IMG/VR virus record: IMGVR_UViG_3300025009_000068
Span: 25,433-89,432 of that record
From: a virus
Direction: 5' to 3' (one strand)
Length of the DNA stretch: 64,000 nt
The translations under genes and the position numbers were made by a program. Position 1 is the stretch's first letter, and each line of letters starts with the position of its first letter. Positions 1 through 10,176 of the stretch are shown here, piece by piece. The notes beneath the pieces were generated by a model that was not told the DNA's origin, searched no databases, and saw nothing but the letters and a program-made list of their open reading frames with translations.

Positions 1-218
1 GCGTTGTAGTTCTTCTGCTCCTCGAGCCCTTCCATCTTGAGCCCACGCTCGGCCTGAACCAGCGGTTCATTCGCCTTCTGCTGGTCGATCTCGCTTTGCA
101 GCCCCTGGTTTACGAGGCCCGCCCGCTGCTGGCCAAGCTCCTGCGTTTGTGCGTCCTGGTAGCCTTTATACATCAAACTTGGAGCCGTACCGGATACGAT
201 GCCTCCCCATCCAGCCAT
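1..218 (-). CDS. Probable internal virion/DNA-ejection protein, N-terminal part (runs off the window)
   Basis: ATG at 218 with an AAGGAG RBS; reads MAGWGGIVSGTAPSLMYKATQDAQTQELGQQRAG...; lies downstream of other ejection-type genes. Confidence 0.5.
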   Translation of the reverse strand, partial: MAGWGGIVSGTAPSLMYKGYQDAQTQELGQQRAGLVNQGLQSEIDQQKANEPLVQAERGLKMEGLEEQKNYN

Positions 219-320
219 GGACTTTCTCCTTATTGCGATTCACGGTTATTGTGAGTGGTCATTTTATTTCATAGTTCAATAATTAGGGTAAAAATGAAAT
301 AGCATTGCTCGATTCAATTC

Positions 321-1595
321 CTACCCCTGCCGCAAAACAATCTCCCCGGAAAGCGGAGCACCATTCCCCATCAAGGACTTCCCCCCGGAAAGCTCGACCA
401 GCTTTCTCAGCAATTCCGAAATCTCTCCAGCCTGCATCATGTCCATGGGAGGATCTTCACGATTAGCCGTTCTGCAGGGCACGTTTTTCGGGAATCCGCC
501 TTGAAGGGGAGGGGCTTGCCTGTTCCCTGCGCCATAACCGCCTTCGCCATATCCTTCACCGTCGGCACTCATGAGGCCCCTGCCCCTTCCAGGCATCATG
601 CCGCCGCCGCCATCCATTATTCCGCCGCCGCCCCCTCCCCCGCCCTTCCACCGCCCCATCTGCTCCATGGTCGCAGGATTTGGAACGATCATCCCGTCAG
701 CGGGCGCAACGAACTCTTCCGGCCCGGCTTCACCGACAATATACCGCTCTCCTTCCCGAACCGGCCCGCCGTATTCCTTGAACAGCCCTGAAATGTTATT
801 CCACATTCCCTGAAGCGACCCGCTCCCGCTCCCCGTGAGCTGATTCAATCCCTGCCCGAGCCCGTACATGCTCTGCGCTCCGTATCCGGCCGCCGTATTT
901 CCGAGGCTCGCGTACTGGCTCGCGGCATTTCCGGCGCCGGCCAGTGCCTGACCTTGAGTGTTCATGGCCATGTTCCCGACGTTACCGCTTGGAGAGGGAT
1001 AGGCCAGCCCGCGCTTGATCCCGGCTGCCTGGATGCGCCTCCCCCAACTCACCTCATCCGCCTTATCCCGAGCCGTCGTTCTCGCCCCGGCGGTCATGGC
1101 TGATTGCGCGAGGTCCTGCTGTCTTTGCGCGTCGGCAAACCTCCCGGAATTCGGGTTGATGCCATACCGGCCAAGGGCGCGCCCGGATTGCTCCCGGGTG
1201 TTGTCGAAGCCCTGTGCAACATCGGCCGCGGCCTGGCCCATGAGTGTGTCATACTTCGGCTCTTCCTGCGCCTGCACCATGATCTTGTGCTCCAGCGGAA
1301 GCTGGTCGCGCATGTATGCCCTGGCCACTTGCTTTTGCATGGGAAGGTAGGTATTCAAATAGTCTTTCGAGAGCTGCCTTTGAATGGGAAGCTCGAATTT
1401 CTTCCAGTAATCCCATTGCTCCCCGGACTGCTCCATCATTTGCATGATCAGGGCTGCCTGGGCCTCAGTAAGCTCCTGCGACGCCCCGTACATATCATCG
1501 GCCATTCCCATAGCCTTCTTGCCGTTGAGATAGCTGAAAACCGAGCTTCCTATGGTTGCCGCGCCACTTATTGCTCCACCCCAGTCAAAGGCCAT
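321..1595 (-). CDS. Putative internal virion (DNA pilot/ejection) protein
   Basis: Gly/Ala/Gln-rich; N-terminal WGGAISGAATIG helix; GRYGINPNSGRF motif; positioned after tail genes in a podovirus layout. Confidence 0.55.
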   Translation of the reverse strand: MAFDWGGAISGAATIGSSVFSYLNGKKAMGMADDMYGASQELTEAQAALIMQMMEQSGEQWDYWKKFELPIQRQLSKDYLNTYLPMQKQVARAYMRDQLPLEHKIMVQAQEEPKYDTLMGQAAADVAQGFDNTREQSGRALGRYGINPNSGRFADAQRQQDLAQSAMTAGARTTARDKADEVSWGRRIQAAGIKRGLAYPSPSGNVGNMAMNTQGQALAGAGNAASQYASLGNTAAGYGAQSMYGLGQGLNQLTGSGSGSLQGMWNNISGLFKEYGGPVREGERYIVGEAGPEEFVAPADGMIVPNPATMEQMGRWKGGGGGGGGIMDGGGGMMPGRGRGLMSADGEGYGEGGYGAGNRQAPPLQGGFPKNVPCRTANREDPPMDMMQAGEISELLRKLVELSGGKSLMGNGAPLSGEIVLRQG

Positions 1596-1661
1596 GAGCT
1601 TTCTCCCTTTTTATTCAAATAATGAGTCGGTCCGGTCAAGAATTGTTACCAGAAGGCTTTC

Positions 1662-2543
1662 TTACCAAGTAGATCCGCCATCACCCTCGTCACCGGCCCC
1701 CTGGCTGTTTCCAGCACCTATGCTTCCTTCCCCGAACCCACCCATGTCTCCGCTGAGTCCGCCATATCCCTCTCCATAACTCCCTCCACCGCCAAACCCG
1801 CTCACACCGGCAACGCCGGCCGCCCCGCCAAATCCTTCGCCAAGTCCGTACCCCCCGAGGTCCTCGCCGGCAATCGCGGGATCGAAACCAAATCCCATCT
1901 TATCGGCAAGCATCCCGACCATTCCAAGTATCCCCGAAACAGGGGTTCCTCCGAACACGCCGAAGCCCATTGGATCCATTGCGGCAATCGTGCTCGGCTT
2001 ATCGACGTTGGTTTTATCAAAGTCTTTTTGCTGCGAATATGAAGCGGCTTGGGATAATGCGCCAAAGCCTCCGAGGTTGGATAAGGCCCCGAACGCCCCC
2101 TGAAGCCCTGAATGAATGTCGCCAATAACCCCACCATAATCTTCCGCGCTATGATGCCCCGGAATCCCGGCATCAAGGTCCCCGTCAAGATCACCGGTTG
2201 CACCCGGCCCGGAAAGCCCTCCGCCAACCCCGGCACTAAAAGATAAGGGATCTATTTGCGCCCTACTTTGAGAAGCCACACCTCCGGAAGTGCCAACTCC
2301 ACCTCCAGATCCACCTCCAACTCCACCATCAGTACCCACTCCGCTCCACTGAGAAGCAGACCGATTCTGCACCAGCCCGATCCCGCCAGTCCTTCCGCCA
2401 CCCCCACCCGCCGCACCACCCGCCGCACCACCCGCCGCACCACCCTGCCCGGTCAGTCCGCCCATGAGCCCCGGCATTGGAGGAACCTCACTCGTGTACC
2501 GATTCATGAAGTCTGCTTGGAGATTCGGAATCGTAGTCGCCAT
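1662..2543 (-). CDS. Gly-rich putative virion/ejection protein
   Basis: 293-aa ORF co-oriented in the virion operon; very Gly-rich. Confidence 0.45.
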   Translation of the reverse strand: MATTIPNLQADFMNRYTSEVPPMPGLMGGLTGQGGAAGGAAGGAAGGGGGRTGGIGLVQNRSASQWSGVGTDGGVGGGSGGGVGTSGGVASQSRAQIDPLSFSAGVGGGLSGPGATGDLDGDLDAGIPGHHSAEDYGGVIGDIHSGLQGAFGALSNLGGFGALSQAASYSQQKDFDKTNVDKPSTIAAMDPMGFGVFGGTPVSGILGMVGMLADKMGFGFDPAIAGEDLGGYGLGEGFGGAAGVAGVSGFGGGGSYGEGYGGLSGDMGGFGEGSIGAGNSQGAGDEGDGGSTW

Positions 2544-2597
2544 GAAGGGGAATCCTTTCTTTTGTGGTGAAACTATAAAATTCAGGTCTCTTGAGCC

Positions 2598-3545
2598 TTA
2601 TTTAGCATCCGCAGTCTTCATCCCAAATCCGTCAACCTGGATCGTGAATCCAACATCGAGAAGCACGGCATCGCTTCCGTAAGTGTCGTCGCCATCCAGA
2701 GAATCCCGGAAGACCCTGAAAACTATCTTGGACCTGACCAGTATGCCGCTCCCGGAGACGGCGGCGAATGCTGCCCGCTCTGGCTGCCATGCGGTTCCGG
2801 ATGATGAAGAAACGACATCGATAGTCGTTGGAGCCGCGAAAGCCTCTCCGTCATTCTGCCAGGAATACTCGAGCTGCCATTTAACATCCCCGGCCCCGGC
2901 AACCGCCGGCATCCAGGAAACAAACGGGATGACATCCGACCCTTCCAAATATCTTCCGGGAAGGAGGATTTCTCCGTGAAGCTCCTCTAGCGCGCCGGCC
3001 CCGTCGAAGCCGACCCCTATGCAGCTCCCGGCCGCAAACACCGGAACGAGCCCGGCCGCTACCGCTGGTGCTATCGGGCCGGAAAGGGAAAGGCCGGACA
3101 CGGAAATGTCCTCGAAAGCTACGGCGCCCTCGGAGAGCTCCACGTTCCCTTCCTCGCCAATCATTACCCCTGGGATCACGTCAACGGCCCCGCTCTCCCT
3201 GTTTACGAAGAGGATCTTTCCGGCATTCTCGGTCCCGGTTTCAAACTCAACATCCTCTAAATCCAAGATCCTCATCTCGGACAATCTCTTGTCCGTGGAT
3301 TCCTTGGTGTAATACGTTTCTTCGTGGCCGTGATCGGTTTCGGCTTTCCCAGACAGTGCCTGGTTGACGGATTCAAGCGATTCAACAAACTCGGCATAGC
3401 TCTGGTACTTTTCACCGGAATCGGAGGCGCGGTCTCCAAACAGGATCTCGGCCCTCTCCTTCAAGGCTGTGAGGATGCGGCGAACATCGGGATCTATATT
3501 GAGCGGGATGTTTCCGATTGATTTTATCTTGGTGATTTTTGCCAT
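2598..3545 (-). CDS. Putative tail-associated virion protein
   Basis: 315 aa; N-terminal helical segment and beta-rich C-terminal domain; follows the tail nozzle gene. Confidence 0.45.
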   Translation of the reverse strand: MAKITKIKSIGNIPLNIDPDVRRILTALKERAEILFGDRASDSGEKYQSYAEFVESLESVNQALSGKAETDHGHEETYYTKESTDKRLSEMRILDLEDVEFETGTENAGKILFVNRESGAVDVIPGVMIGEEGNVELSEGAVAFEDISVSGLSLSGPIAPAVAAGLVPVFAAGSCIGVGFDGAGALEELHGEILLPGRYLEGSDVIPFVSWMPAVAGAGDVKWQLEYSWQNDGEAFAAPTTIDVVSSSSGTAWQPERAAFAAVSGSGILVRSKIVFRVFRDSLDGDDTYGSDAVLLDVGFTIQVDGFGMKTADAK

Positions 3546-3593
3546 GATTTATCGTTCTTCCCCTTCATCACTCCACTCCACTCCACTCCACTC

Positions 3594-6032
3594 CTACCCT
3601 CCAACCTGCACAAGCTCCTCGATGCTGGTAGCAAGACGAACTTCATCGACGTCGATATCGCTCACAATACTGATCTTCCCTTTCCTCCCCCGATACTTTC
3701 CGGGAAGGCGGAAGGGCGTGTTCGCTGAAACCATCTTCTGATACTTGAGCTTGAGCACGCTCCCGCCACGATCTGCCACAAACAGCCTGAAAAGCAACGT
3801 CGGGTCATCGGCCATCTCGACCGGAACATCTTTCAGCTTATCATCATTCACGGCCACGTCATTCATATCAAAAGCGTCTATGGACCCGCCCACCCCCTCA
3901 TCACTATCCATGAGCGCCTCATTCGCGGCAATGACGGCATCCCGGTACGCATCATAAGCGGCCCGCTTCGCCGCCGGCACCGGATCTCCATAGTCTGCAA
4001 CCACCTTCGCGGCCCCGAAGTTTACGAGCCCAGGAAACTCATGAACCTTACTTGTCCAAGTGCAGAGCATGTTTTGCGTCTCGTGGCCGTCGAGCTTCCG
4101 GATCACATAATTCCCCGAGATCTTCTGAACCACGTAAAGGAGACCTTCTTCATGGCTCAAGTATCCTGCAAGGGAATGATCAAGACGAATGAGCGTTCCC
4201 TCAGAGATTCCACCTCCAATAAGGAAACCTTCCCCGCTGTCTCCGCTGTCTCCGCTGCCAAGCCCGCCGGTCCCGCTCTGTATCATGTCAATATACACGG
4301 ATTTTATCAGGCTCGACCCGATGGCACGCATCCCTATCCCGTGGCTTCCAATCGATCCGGAGATCTCTCCTTCACCGAAATAGACCTCAATATTATCCGC
4401 TCTCCTGGCTTCCTGGTCGGCCATGAAATTCAGATCGAAATCATAATCATGGTATGCCACATAGTTCTGATTCAAAAAGAACGAAAGCATGGTCTCTGGC
4501 TGCATCATGCGCCACTCGCGCTCCCTGAAAATATCATTCGTTGCAACCCTTGCTCCCCCGGGCCCCACTACCAGAACCCCGTCAACCGTAGGGAAGAACA
4601 CCCCGCTTTCCGTTGTCACCATCCCGCGCTTCGAAAGGCACGGCTTCTGAATGGAGTTGTCGTCAAAGGCCATGGATGCCGGATCGAGACCGGTGTAGAG
4701 CAGGGTCTCCTTGTCGGTTCCGATCACGATGGTGTTTCCCGATGACCCGATTGCAACAATGGATGAATTGACCGTCTCCCGGTATCCGGACGGCCAAGCG
4801 TAGCACTTGTACGGCACGCACAGGCACAGCTCGTTCGAGTTTTCTCCCTGCCTGAATCCGGCCATGCCTCCTCCTGGAAGGGGGATGATGCCTATCAAGT
4901 CTTCGGGCGGAGGAAGGTAAGTGGACGTGGCAAGGACCTCCCCGAGGTCGGCCGACAAGATCACGTCCCTGTATGTGGTGTCAGCGACGTCGATTTCATC
5001 AACAAACTGATAGACCGCTGCCGACGACCCCGTGTTTACCCGATAGATCCTTCGCTTCGTTATGTGATGCTCTGCGCTCAGCGCAACGGATTCCTCGGCG
5101 TCGTTCTCGTAGGTGTCAACGAACCCCGAAACATCAACATACCGCTGCCATCCAGCTTCGATATCGTCGTCTTCCAGGTTGTTGGGATCCGGGTCGGACT
5201 CAGCCAGGCGGATAATGATGGAAGTCCCGGTCCATGCCCACTCGCCAACACGAAGCTCGCCGGCGACTCCATTCCGAAGATAAGCCGCCCCCTTCACGGA
5301 AACAGATGACGGAATGAGGTCGAGGGACCCGACAAACCGCCACTCATCAGTCCCGCTGGCAGTGGCCGCCCATAGCCCCGTTGTGGCATTCAGGCTTTCT
5401 TTTCTGTCTGTACCGGCCCAATGATCGATTATCCTCGAAGGAGGGGATTCCGCCCCTTCCTCGCCCCAACTGTTGACGTTGGTATAGACGTAGGCGATGG
5501 ATTGTTGCTCATCGGTAACGCGCTCTATTTTCTCGGGCTCTCCTCCAAGGCATATGGCGTGATATCCGACAGCCGACATGCCGATCCCGCCCTTAACGGA
5601 ATTCTTGTCTATCTTGTAGAGCATTTCCCGCTCGACGATGGGGGCCTTGTCCGGGCGCGGGACTCCAAGCCGGTAGGATGTGAGGCTTGTTGATGCCGCG
5701 GTGTGCCCCGTGATCATGGTGGAATCGAAAATGCGGGGAACGTCCATCCCGGTGACGTAGGTTCTATCGTCCACGTCGGCTAACGGGCTCTTCACCACGT
5801 TCACATCGGAAGTCCAATAGAGCCAGTACGGAGCGGAGCCGAATTTGTAAATGGAGAGCGGTGGAGAAGCAAGGGTGCCAAGGTTCAGGATATCGACATA
5901 GTTCCGGAGCGGCATGATCTTCCCGGAGTAAAGCTTGCAGTTCTTCGCATAGGTCGCCTGATTGTTGGCAAGGTCTTTCGGGGAGAGGCGCGGGACCTCG
6001 CCCGAGAATCCCTTGAACACGAGAGTTGCCAT
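3594..6032 (-). CDS. Tail tubular/nozzle (stabilization) protein
   Basis: Probable start MATLVFKGFSGEVPRL with AAGGAG RBS; YVYTNVNSWGEEGAESPPS and RRIYRVNTG motifs typical of podovirus tail nozzle proteins; about 812 aa. Confidence 0.7.
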   Translation of the reverse strand: MATLVFKGFSGEVPRLSPKDLANNQATYAKNCKLYSGKIMPLRNYVDILNLGTLASPPLSIYKFGSAPYWLYWTSDVNVVKSPLADVDDRTYVTGMDVPRIFDSTMITGHTAASTSLTSYRLGVPRPDKAPIVEREMLYKIDKNSVKGGIGMSAVGYHAICLGGEPEKIERVTDEQQSIAYVYTNVNSWGEEGAESPPSRIIDHWAGTDRKESLNATTGLWAATASGTDEWRFVGSLDLIPSSVSVKGAAYLRNGVAGELRVGEWAWTGTSIIIRLAESDPDPNNLEDDDIEAGWQRYVDVSGFVDTYENDAEESVALSAEHHITKRRIYRVNTGSSAAVYQFVDEIDVADTTYRDVILSADLGEVLATSTYLPPPEDLIGIIPLPGGGMAGFRQGENSNELCLCVPYKCYAWPSGYRETVNSSIVAIGSSGNTIVIGTDKETLLYTGLDPASMAFDDNSIQKPCLSKRGMVTTESGVFFPTVDGVLVVGPGGARVATNDIFREREWRMMQPETMLSFFLNQNYVAYHDYDFDLNFMADQEARRADNIEVYFGEGEISGSIGSHGIGMRAIGSSLIKSVYIDMIQSGTGGLGSGDSGDSGEGFLIGGGISEGTLIRLDHSLAGYLSHEEGLLYVVQKISGNYVIRKLDGHETQNMLCTWTSKVHEFPGLVNFGAAKVVADYGDPVPAAKRAAYDAYRDAVIAANEALMDSDEGVGGSIDAFDMNDVAVNDDKLKDVPVEMADDPTLLFRLFVADRGGSVLKLKYQKMVSANTPFRLPGKYRGRKGKISIVSDIDVDEVRLATSIEELVQVGG

Positions 6033-6060
6033 GAAGGTGGGTGCTCCTTCCTTCCAAGGA

Positions 6061-6098
6061 TTGATCCAGTCAAGAATTGATCCAGTCAAGAATTGATC
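6061..6098. repeat. 16-bp tandem repeat (TTGATCCAGTCAAGAA x2.4)
   Basis: Exact copies at 6061-6076 and 6077-6092, plus a partial copy; intergenic. Confidence 0.85.
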
Positions 6099-6138
6099 GA
6101 TCAAGGATTTATTGCGCTGAACTACCTCTTGCCTCGAG

Positions 6139-6699
6139 CTACTTCTTGATCACCCGAACATAGATGGTGAATGTCCCAAGGGTAATGGGCGCCCCGGTGT
6201 CGTTCCGCAGAATGTAATGAGCGGTGTTGGCCGATTCTATGTAGTAGCTCGGCTTCATGCCCTGAAGATCGACGCTTGCCGATGCGATCACGAAATCACC
6301 AAGCTCGGCCTCTGCTACTGCAATATCAACTCCGAGCTCGGCACCGCTTGCAATGGCTCCAGGCGTCCAGGACTTCGTTTCCACTTCAAGGCCCTGCAGG
6401 ATCGTGTCGAGGTCGGAAGCCGTGAGCCTGCCTTCGATCAATACGCCGGCCGCCCATGCCCTGGCTTCCGTGCCCTGCTGGCCCCTGGAAACCGTAAAGG
6501 TGTTGCTCGTCCTTGCGGTGCATTTCATGATCTCCCTGTTGCCATCCTCGTCTTCCAGGGTGATCCACATGATTTCGCCCGAGCCTATGGCATAGAACTT
6601 ACTTGCGTCTCCGGACTGGCATTGAAGGCTTGCCGCCGATCTCGTTATGGCGTTCAGAAGGGTGGATACCGCAAAGTTTTTGAATCGTGTCTTTGGCAT
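6139..6699 (-). CDS. Tail fibre N-terminal/attachment-type virion protein
   Basis: EIMKCTARTSNTFTVSRGQQGTEARAWAAG..EGRLTA motif common at the N-termini of phage tail fibres. Confidence 0.6.
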   Translation of the reverse strand: MPKTRFKNFAVSTLLNAITRSAASLQCQSGDASKFYAIGSGEIMWITLEDEDGNREIMKCTARTSNTFTVSRGQQGTEARAWAAGVLIEGRLTASDLDTILQGLEVETKSWTPGAIASGAELGVDIAVAEAELGDFVIASASVDLQGMKPSYYIESANTAHYILRNDTGAPITLGTFTIYVRVIKK

Positions 6700-6791
6700 T
6701 GAATGTTGTCCTTTGCTTTGAAGGGAGGGGCAGTAGTGGTTGTGGTGATGGTGTTGATGGTGAAATTAAAAATGATGGATCATGGTTTTCG

Positions 6792-7469
6792 TTACCACCG
6801 CATCATCTTGGCCTGCCTGGATCGCTTGACATGGCCCACATCGACGGTATGTCTCGCCATGGCTACCCCGTCTTGAAAGATCGTTTCGTAGTACACGGCA
6901 AGCTTGATGTCGCTCCAGTCTGCCTTTGGGATTTTCATGAGGCGTGAGATGGCTCCTGCTGCGATGGTTTCTAGCCAGTCATTGTAAACGACGTCTCCAA
7001 CCGCCGTGGCAACAGCCGACGGCTTGAGTGCGGCCTCAACCTCGATAATGTCTGCCGTCGCTTCGTCGGGAGGAACATAAAGCCTGATGGTTCCTTGAGT
7101 CTCGACAAGGTATTGCGTGGGTGTCCCGCTCTCCGCTGATTCCCAGTTCGGAAGGAGATGATCGAGGACCTCTCTAGCCGCGGCATCTATGTCGTTCCCG
7201 TCATACCTTACCTTCGTTGGAACCACGACCTCCGTTCCGGCATCCACGAGAAGCGTGTACGTCGGCTGATCCACGACCGAGGTGAGGGGGCCGAGCCAGT
7301 CACGCCATATCGTTGACATGCGGCAAAACTCACGACATGCGTTCCTTATGGCATTTAGAGCTATAACCACCGGACACCCAGGGACGTGCGGCAAGACTTC
7401 CGGAAGGAAGAGATCGAAGGATACCGACCCTATCGGAGTTACTGATGTTCCCGACCCTGTTCCGCCCAT
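6792..7469 (-). CDS. Head-to-tail adaptor protein
   Basis: FLPEVLPHVPGCP...AIRNACREFCRMS motif of podovirus adaptor proteins. Confidence 0.65.
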   Translation of the reverse strand: MGGTGSGTSVTPIGSVSFDLFLPEVLPHVPGCPVVIALNAIRNACREFCRMSTIWRDWLGPLTSVVDQPTYTLLVDAGTEVVVPTKVRYDGNDIDAAAREVLDHLLPNWESAESGTPTQYLVETQGTIRLYVPPDEATADIIEVEAALKPSAVATAVGDVVYNDWLETIAAGAISRLMKIPKADWSDIKLAVYYETIFQDGVAMARHTVDVGHVKRSRQAKMMRW

Positions 7470-7512
7470 TTATATACTATCCTCCATCTGCACTGGTTCA
7501 CATCCTCCCATT

Positions 7513-8109
7513 CTAAGAAACAACCTCGGTATCGGGATTCGGAGCGAAGTTGTACCCGCTCTTCTGCCGCCACACATAGACCGTTCCCGCGTCCAGGTTG
7601 AATGTAATTGTCCCGGTTTGGTCGGTTCTTCCGGATGCGACTACGTTGTTCCCGGCCTCGTCCGTTGAAATCCATACATCCACGTCTGCGATGGGAGCCC
7701 CGGAAACAGAGTTCGTGATGGTGTACGGCCAGGAGATAGCGCCGGACCCGGAGAGGTTTCCTCCGGTCGCCGCAAGGTTGAGCTTGGCGGCAACTGTCCC
7801 GGCTGTCGCACTCACACTCACGGCTGTCGTCAGTAGAGTTTGAGCCGCGAGAGCTACGTCCCCGGTGCCGATTGGCTTGTATGCTTCATCTGCCGCATCC
7901 GTGCCGGCGTAGCAATAGCCGACGTATTCCTTGGAGAGGTCGTATCCGGCATAGGTGTAGACGTACCACCCCGATCCCTTCTCGGTCATTGCCGCCGCAT
8001 TCACGACCACGGAGCCGTCGGAGATATCTCGCAGGGTGATTGTTGGAGACAGTCCCTCTAGGGGGACACCGGAACTTGTAAAGTATGCTCGGAAATCGTT
8101 GTATGCCAT
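7513..8109 (-). CDS. Virion protein with two Ig-like/carboxypeptidase-regulatory-like domains
   Basis: GAPIADVDVWI..SGRTDQTGTITFNLDAGTVYVWRQKSGYNF beta-sandwich signature. Confidence 0.5.
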   Translation of the reverse strand: MAYNDFRAYFTSSGVPLEGLSPTITLRDISDGSVVVNAAAMTEKGSGWYVYTYAGYDLSKEYVGYCYAGTDAADEAYKPIGTGDVALAAQTLLTTAVSVSATAGTVAAKLNLAATGGNLSGSGAISWPYTITNSVSGAPIADVDVWISTDEAGNNVVASGRTDQTGTITFNLDAGTVYVWRQKSGYNFAPNPDTEVVS

Positions 8110-8139
8110 AGTAGGTGCTTCCCCTCTCTTCCTCTATTT

Positions 8140-8859
8140 CTATTTATCCACTGCGCCAGACAACAAAACATCCACCGCTTTTCGCTCTCCGCTATCCCGC
8201 AAATGCACTGGCGCCCACATAGCCACACCCGCGCACCCGAGAGCCGTCACTCGCCTGATCTGAGCGGCCAAGTGCGGCAGCCAGCCGGTCTCGGTAATCC
8301 TGTAATCTTTGTGGACTGCAAGCCCGACCATAGTGCGCGACAAGTCCACCTGTGTTCTGTATCGCCGCAAAAATACCTGCATGGTGATTGGATCGCCCTC
8401 CTTAATGTAGAGTTCAGGGCTCACCCAATCGAACAGGTTGTAAAGCAATTTCACCGTCGGCGCATCCGTGAAGTCATGCAGGCAATATCCCGCCCAGGCG
8501 TGGAGCAGCATGTGAGGATATCTCTCCCGGTAGGCCGTGATTGCGGTCTTGATGGCCGTTCGTTGAACAGGAGTATACTTTCCAAGGCAGAATTCATCCA
8601 GGCTCAGACCGTCCACGGGATGCCCCTCCGTGGCCTCGATCATAGCTGCCAGGAGTGCGCCGTCAGTAGCCAGGAGGGTCGATACTTCTGGGACTGTGTG
8701 CAGGATGATCTTTCCTTTGTCGCGAAAGTGCTGCTTCTGCTCGGGCGTGGCATGAGCGATGCGAGAGCAGATGATCCCAGGAGAATCCATCTCAAGCTCG
8801 GTGCAGTCTGCCGGTAACATCCAGTGAGTCACCGGCCATGAATATGAAAGAATTGGCAT
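8140..8859 (-). CDS. Hypothetical protein, possibly a glycoside-hydrolase-like TIM barrel
   Basis: Probable start MPILSYSW; DGLSLDE, DWVSPELY and AGVAMW strand motifs. Confidence 0.35.
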   Translation of the reverse strand: MPILSYSWPVTHWMLPADCTELEMDSPGIICSRIAHATPEQKQHFRDKGKIILHTVPEVSTLLATDGALLAAMIEATEGHPVDGLSLDEFCLGKYTPVQRTAIKTAITAYRERYPHMLLHAWAGYCLHDFTDAPTVKLLYNLFDWVSPELYIKEGDPITMQVFLRRYRTQVDLSRTMVGLAVHKDYRITETGWLPHLAAQIRRVTALGCAGVAMWAPVHLRDSGERKAVDVLLSGAVDK

Positions 8860-8872
8860 GGAATATCCTTTC

Positions 8873-10165
8873 TTAAAACATAATGACCGCATTGAGTAGC
8901 CGGTATGTGATCTCCAGCTTGGGGCGATTCGTGGGCGTGGCATCACCCGAAGCATAGAAAATGTATTGATCATCCGTCTCTGTATCCATCTTCAATAGCC
9001 ACCCGTTTCCTAAATCCATGCCGCCCGTAGTATTCGGAGTGATATTGATAATGACTACGCTGCCGACAGCCTGAGTCGCCGTCACTGACGCAGTTCCAAT
9101 GTCTGTTTGCTCACAATCGTTAGCACCGAAACCACCTGCTGTTTGCCAGTTATTTGCAGTGGAATATACGGTCCATGTCACCTGATTAAATACGACTACT
9201 CTTTTTAGGCGAAACAACCTCAATGTCCGGGCATTGCTAGAATAGTCACCCGAAACCGTAAGTTTCAATGACGATGACACTATCTTAATGCTTTTAGGAA
9301 CACCAGAAAGATCAAGTTTTATTGCACTTCTAGCGGCTCCAGATCCGGCATTAATCTCTCCGGCCTGAATGCCTCCTTGGTAGTTGCTAGAAACATCGGA
9401 ATCGCGGAACATCGCTTCATGCAATGTGGAATTGTCGGGCTGTAAGGTGAAGGTAGGATCAACCACCGGCCTCGACATCCCCGCAAGATCCGGCAAGAGA
9501 AACAAGATGTAACTCTGACCATCAACACTCACAAACTGCGACTGGATCTCCCTCACGTCTACCGGATTGGCGGCGTCATAGGCCACGGGCCTTCGTAGCA
9601 CCATCACGACTTTCTCGCCGTCGAGGATCTGGTTACCTGAACGAGTCAATCCCTGAATACCAACTGGGAAGGCGAACTTCCCAGTTGGGGGCACGTAGCC
9701 TCCCTTGAGCTCAATGTCCAGTTTCAGATAGTGTCCGGCATGGGTAATACTCATGTCCGCTTCGGGCCTGGTCCAGGTCATCCGGTTCCCGCTTCGTTGC
9801 GCCCCCGACCACGGGACTTTCACCCAATTGGCAGCAGGCTTGACGTAGGGACATCCGATTTCTATGTACTTATTCAGATCCCTCGTAGGATGAATCCGCC
9901 TCATTCCGTCGTCGGCGATGGTCGTCATGAGCTTCGACTTCGTTACGGCATGTGGTCTTGCACCGTCGCCCGAGTCTTTCCAATTCGTCTCGATCCGATT
10001 CCACTTCCCGGCTTCCTCGTAGGCTATGGGCGCAGAGTGGATCGTCATCTTGCGGAGTCCGCCGCCAAGATTCTCGGTCTCGGCGAATTCGCCCACAACG
10101 TCGGCGGCATGAACCGGCAAGGCGAGAAGCAATATCCAAAATGCTATTCTCAGAAACATGATCAT
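8873..10165 (-). CDS. Signal-peptide protein with a C-terminal DNRLRE-like (carbohydrate-binding-type) domain
   Basis: Start MIMFLRIAFWILLLALPVHA; VVDPT, ARSAIKLDLSGVP and NRPKLEITY motifs. Confidence 0.6.
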   Translation of the reverse strand: MIMFLRIAFWILLLALPVHAADVVGEFAETENLGGGLRKMTIHSAPIAYEEAGKWNRIETNWKDSGDGARPHAVTKSKLMTTIADDGMRRIHPTRDLNKYIEIGCPYVKPAANWVKVPWSGAQRSGNRMTWTRPEADMSITHAGHYLKLDIELKGGYVPPTGKFAFPVGIQGLTRSGNQILDGEKVVMVLRRPVAYDAANPVDVREIQSQFVSVDGQSYILFLLPDLAGMSRPVVDPTFTLQPDNSTLHEAMFRDSDVSSNYQGGIQAGEINAGSGAARSAIKLDLSGVPKSIKIVSSSLKLTVSGDYSSNARTLRLFRLKRVVVFNQVTWTVYSTANNWQTAGGFGANDCEQTDIGTASVTATQAVGSVVIINITPNTTGGMDLGNGWLLKMDTETDDQYIFYASGDATPTNRPKLEITYRLLNAVIMF

Positions 10166-10176
10166 TATCTTCTCCC

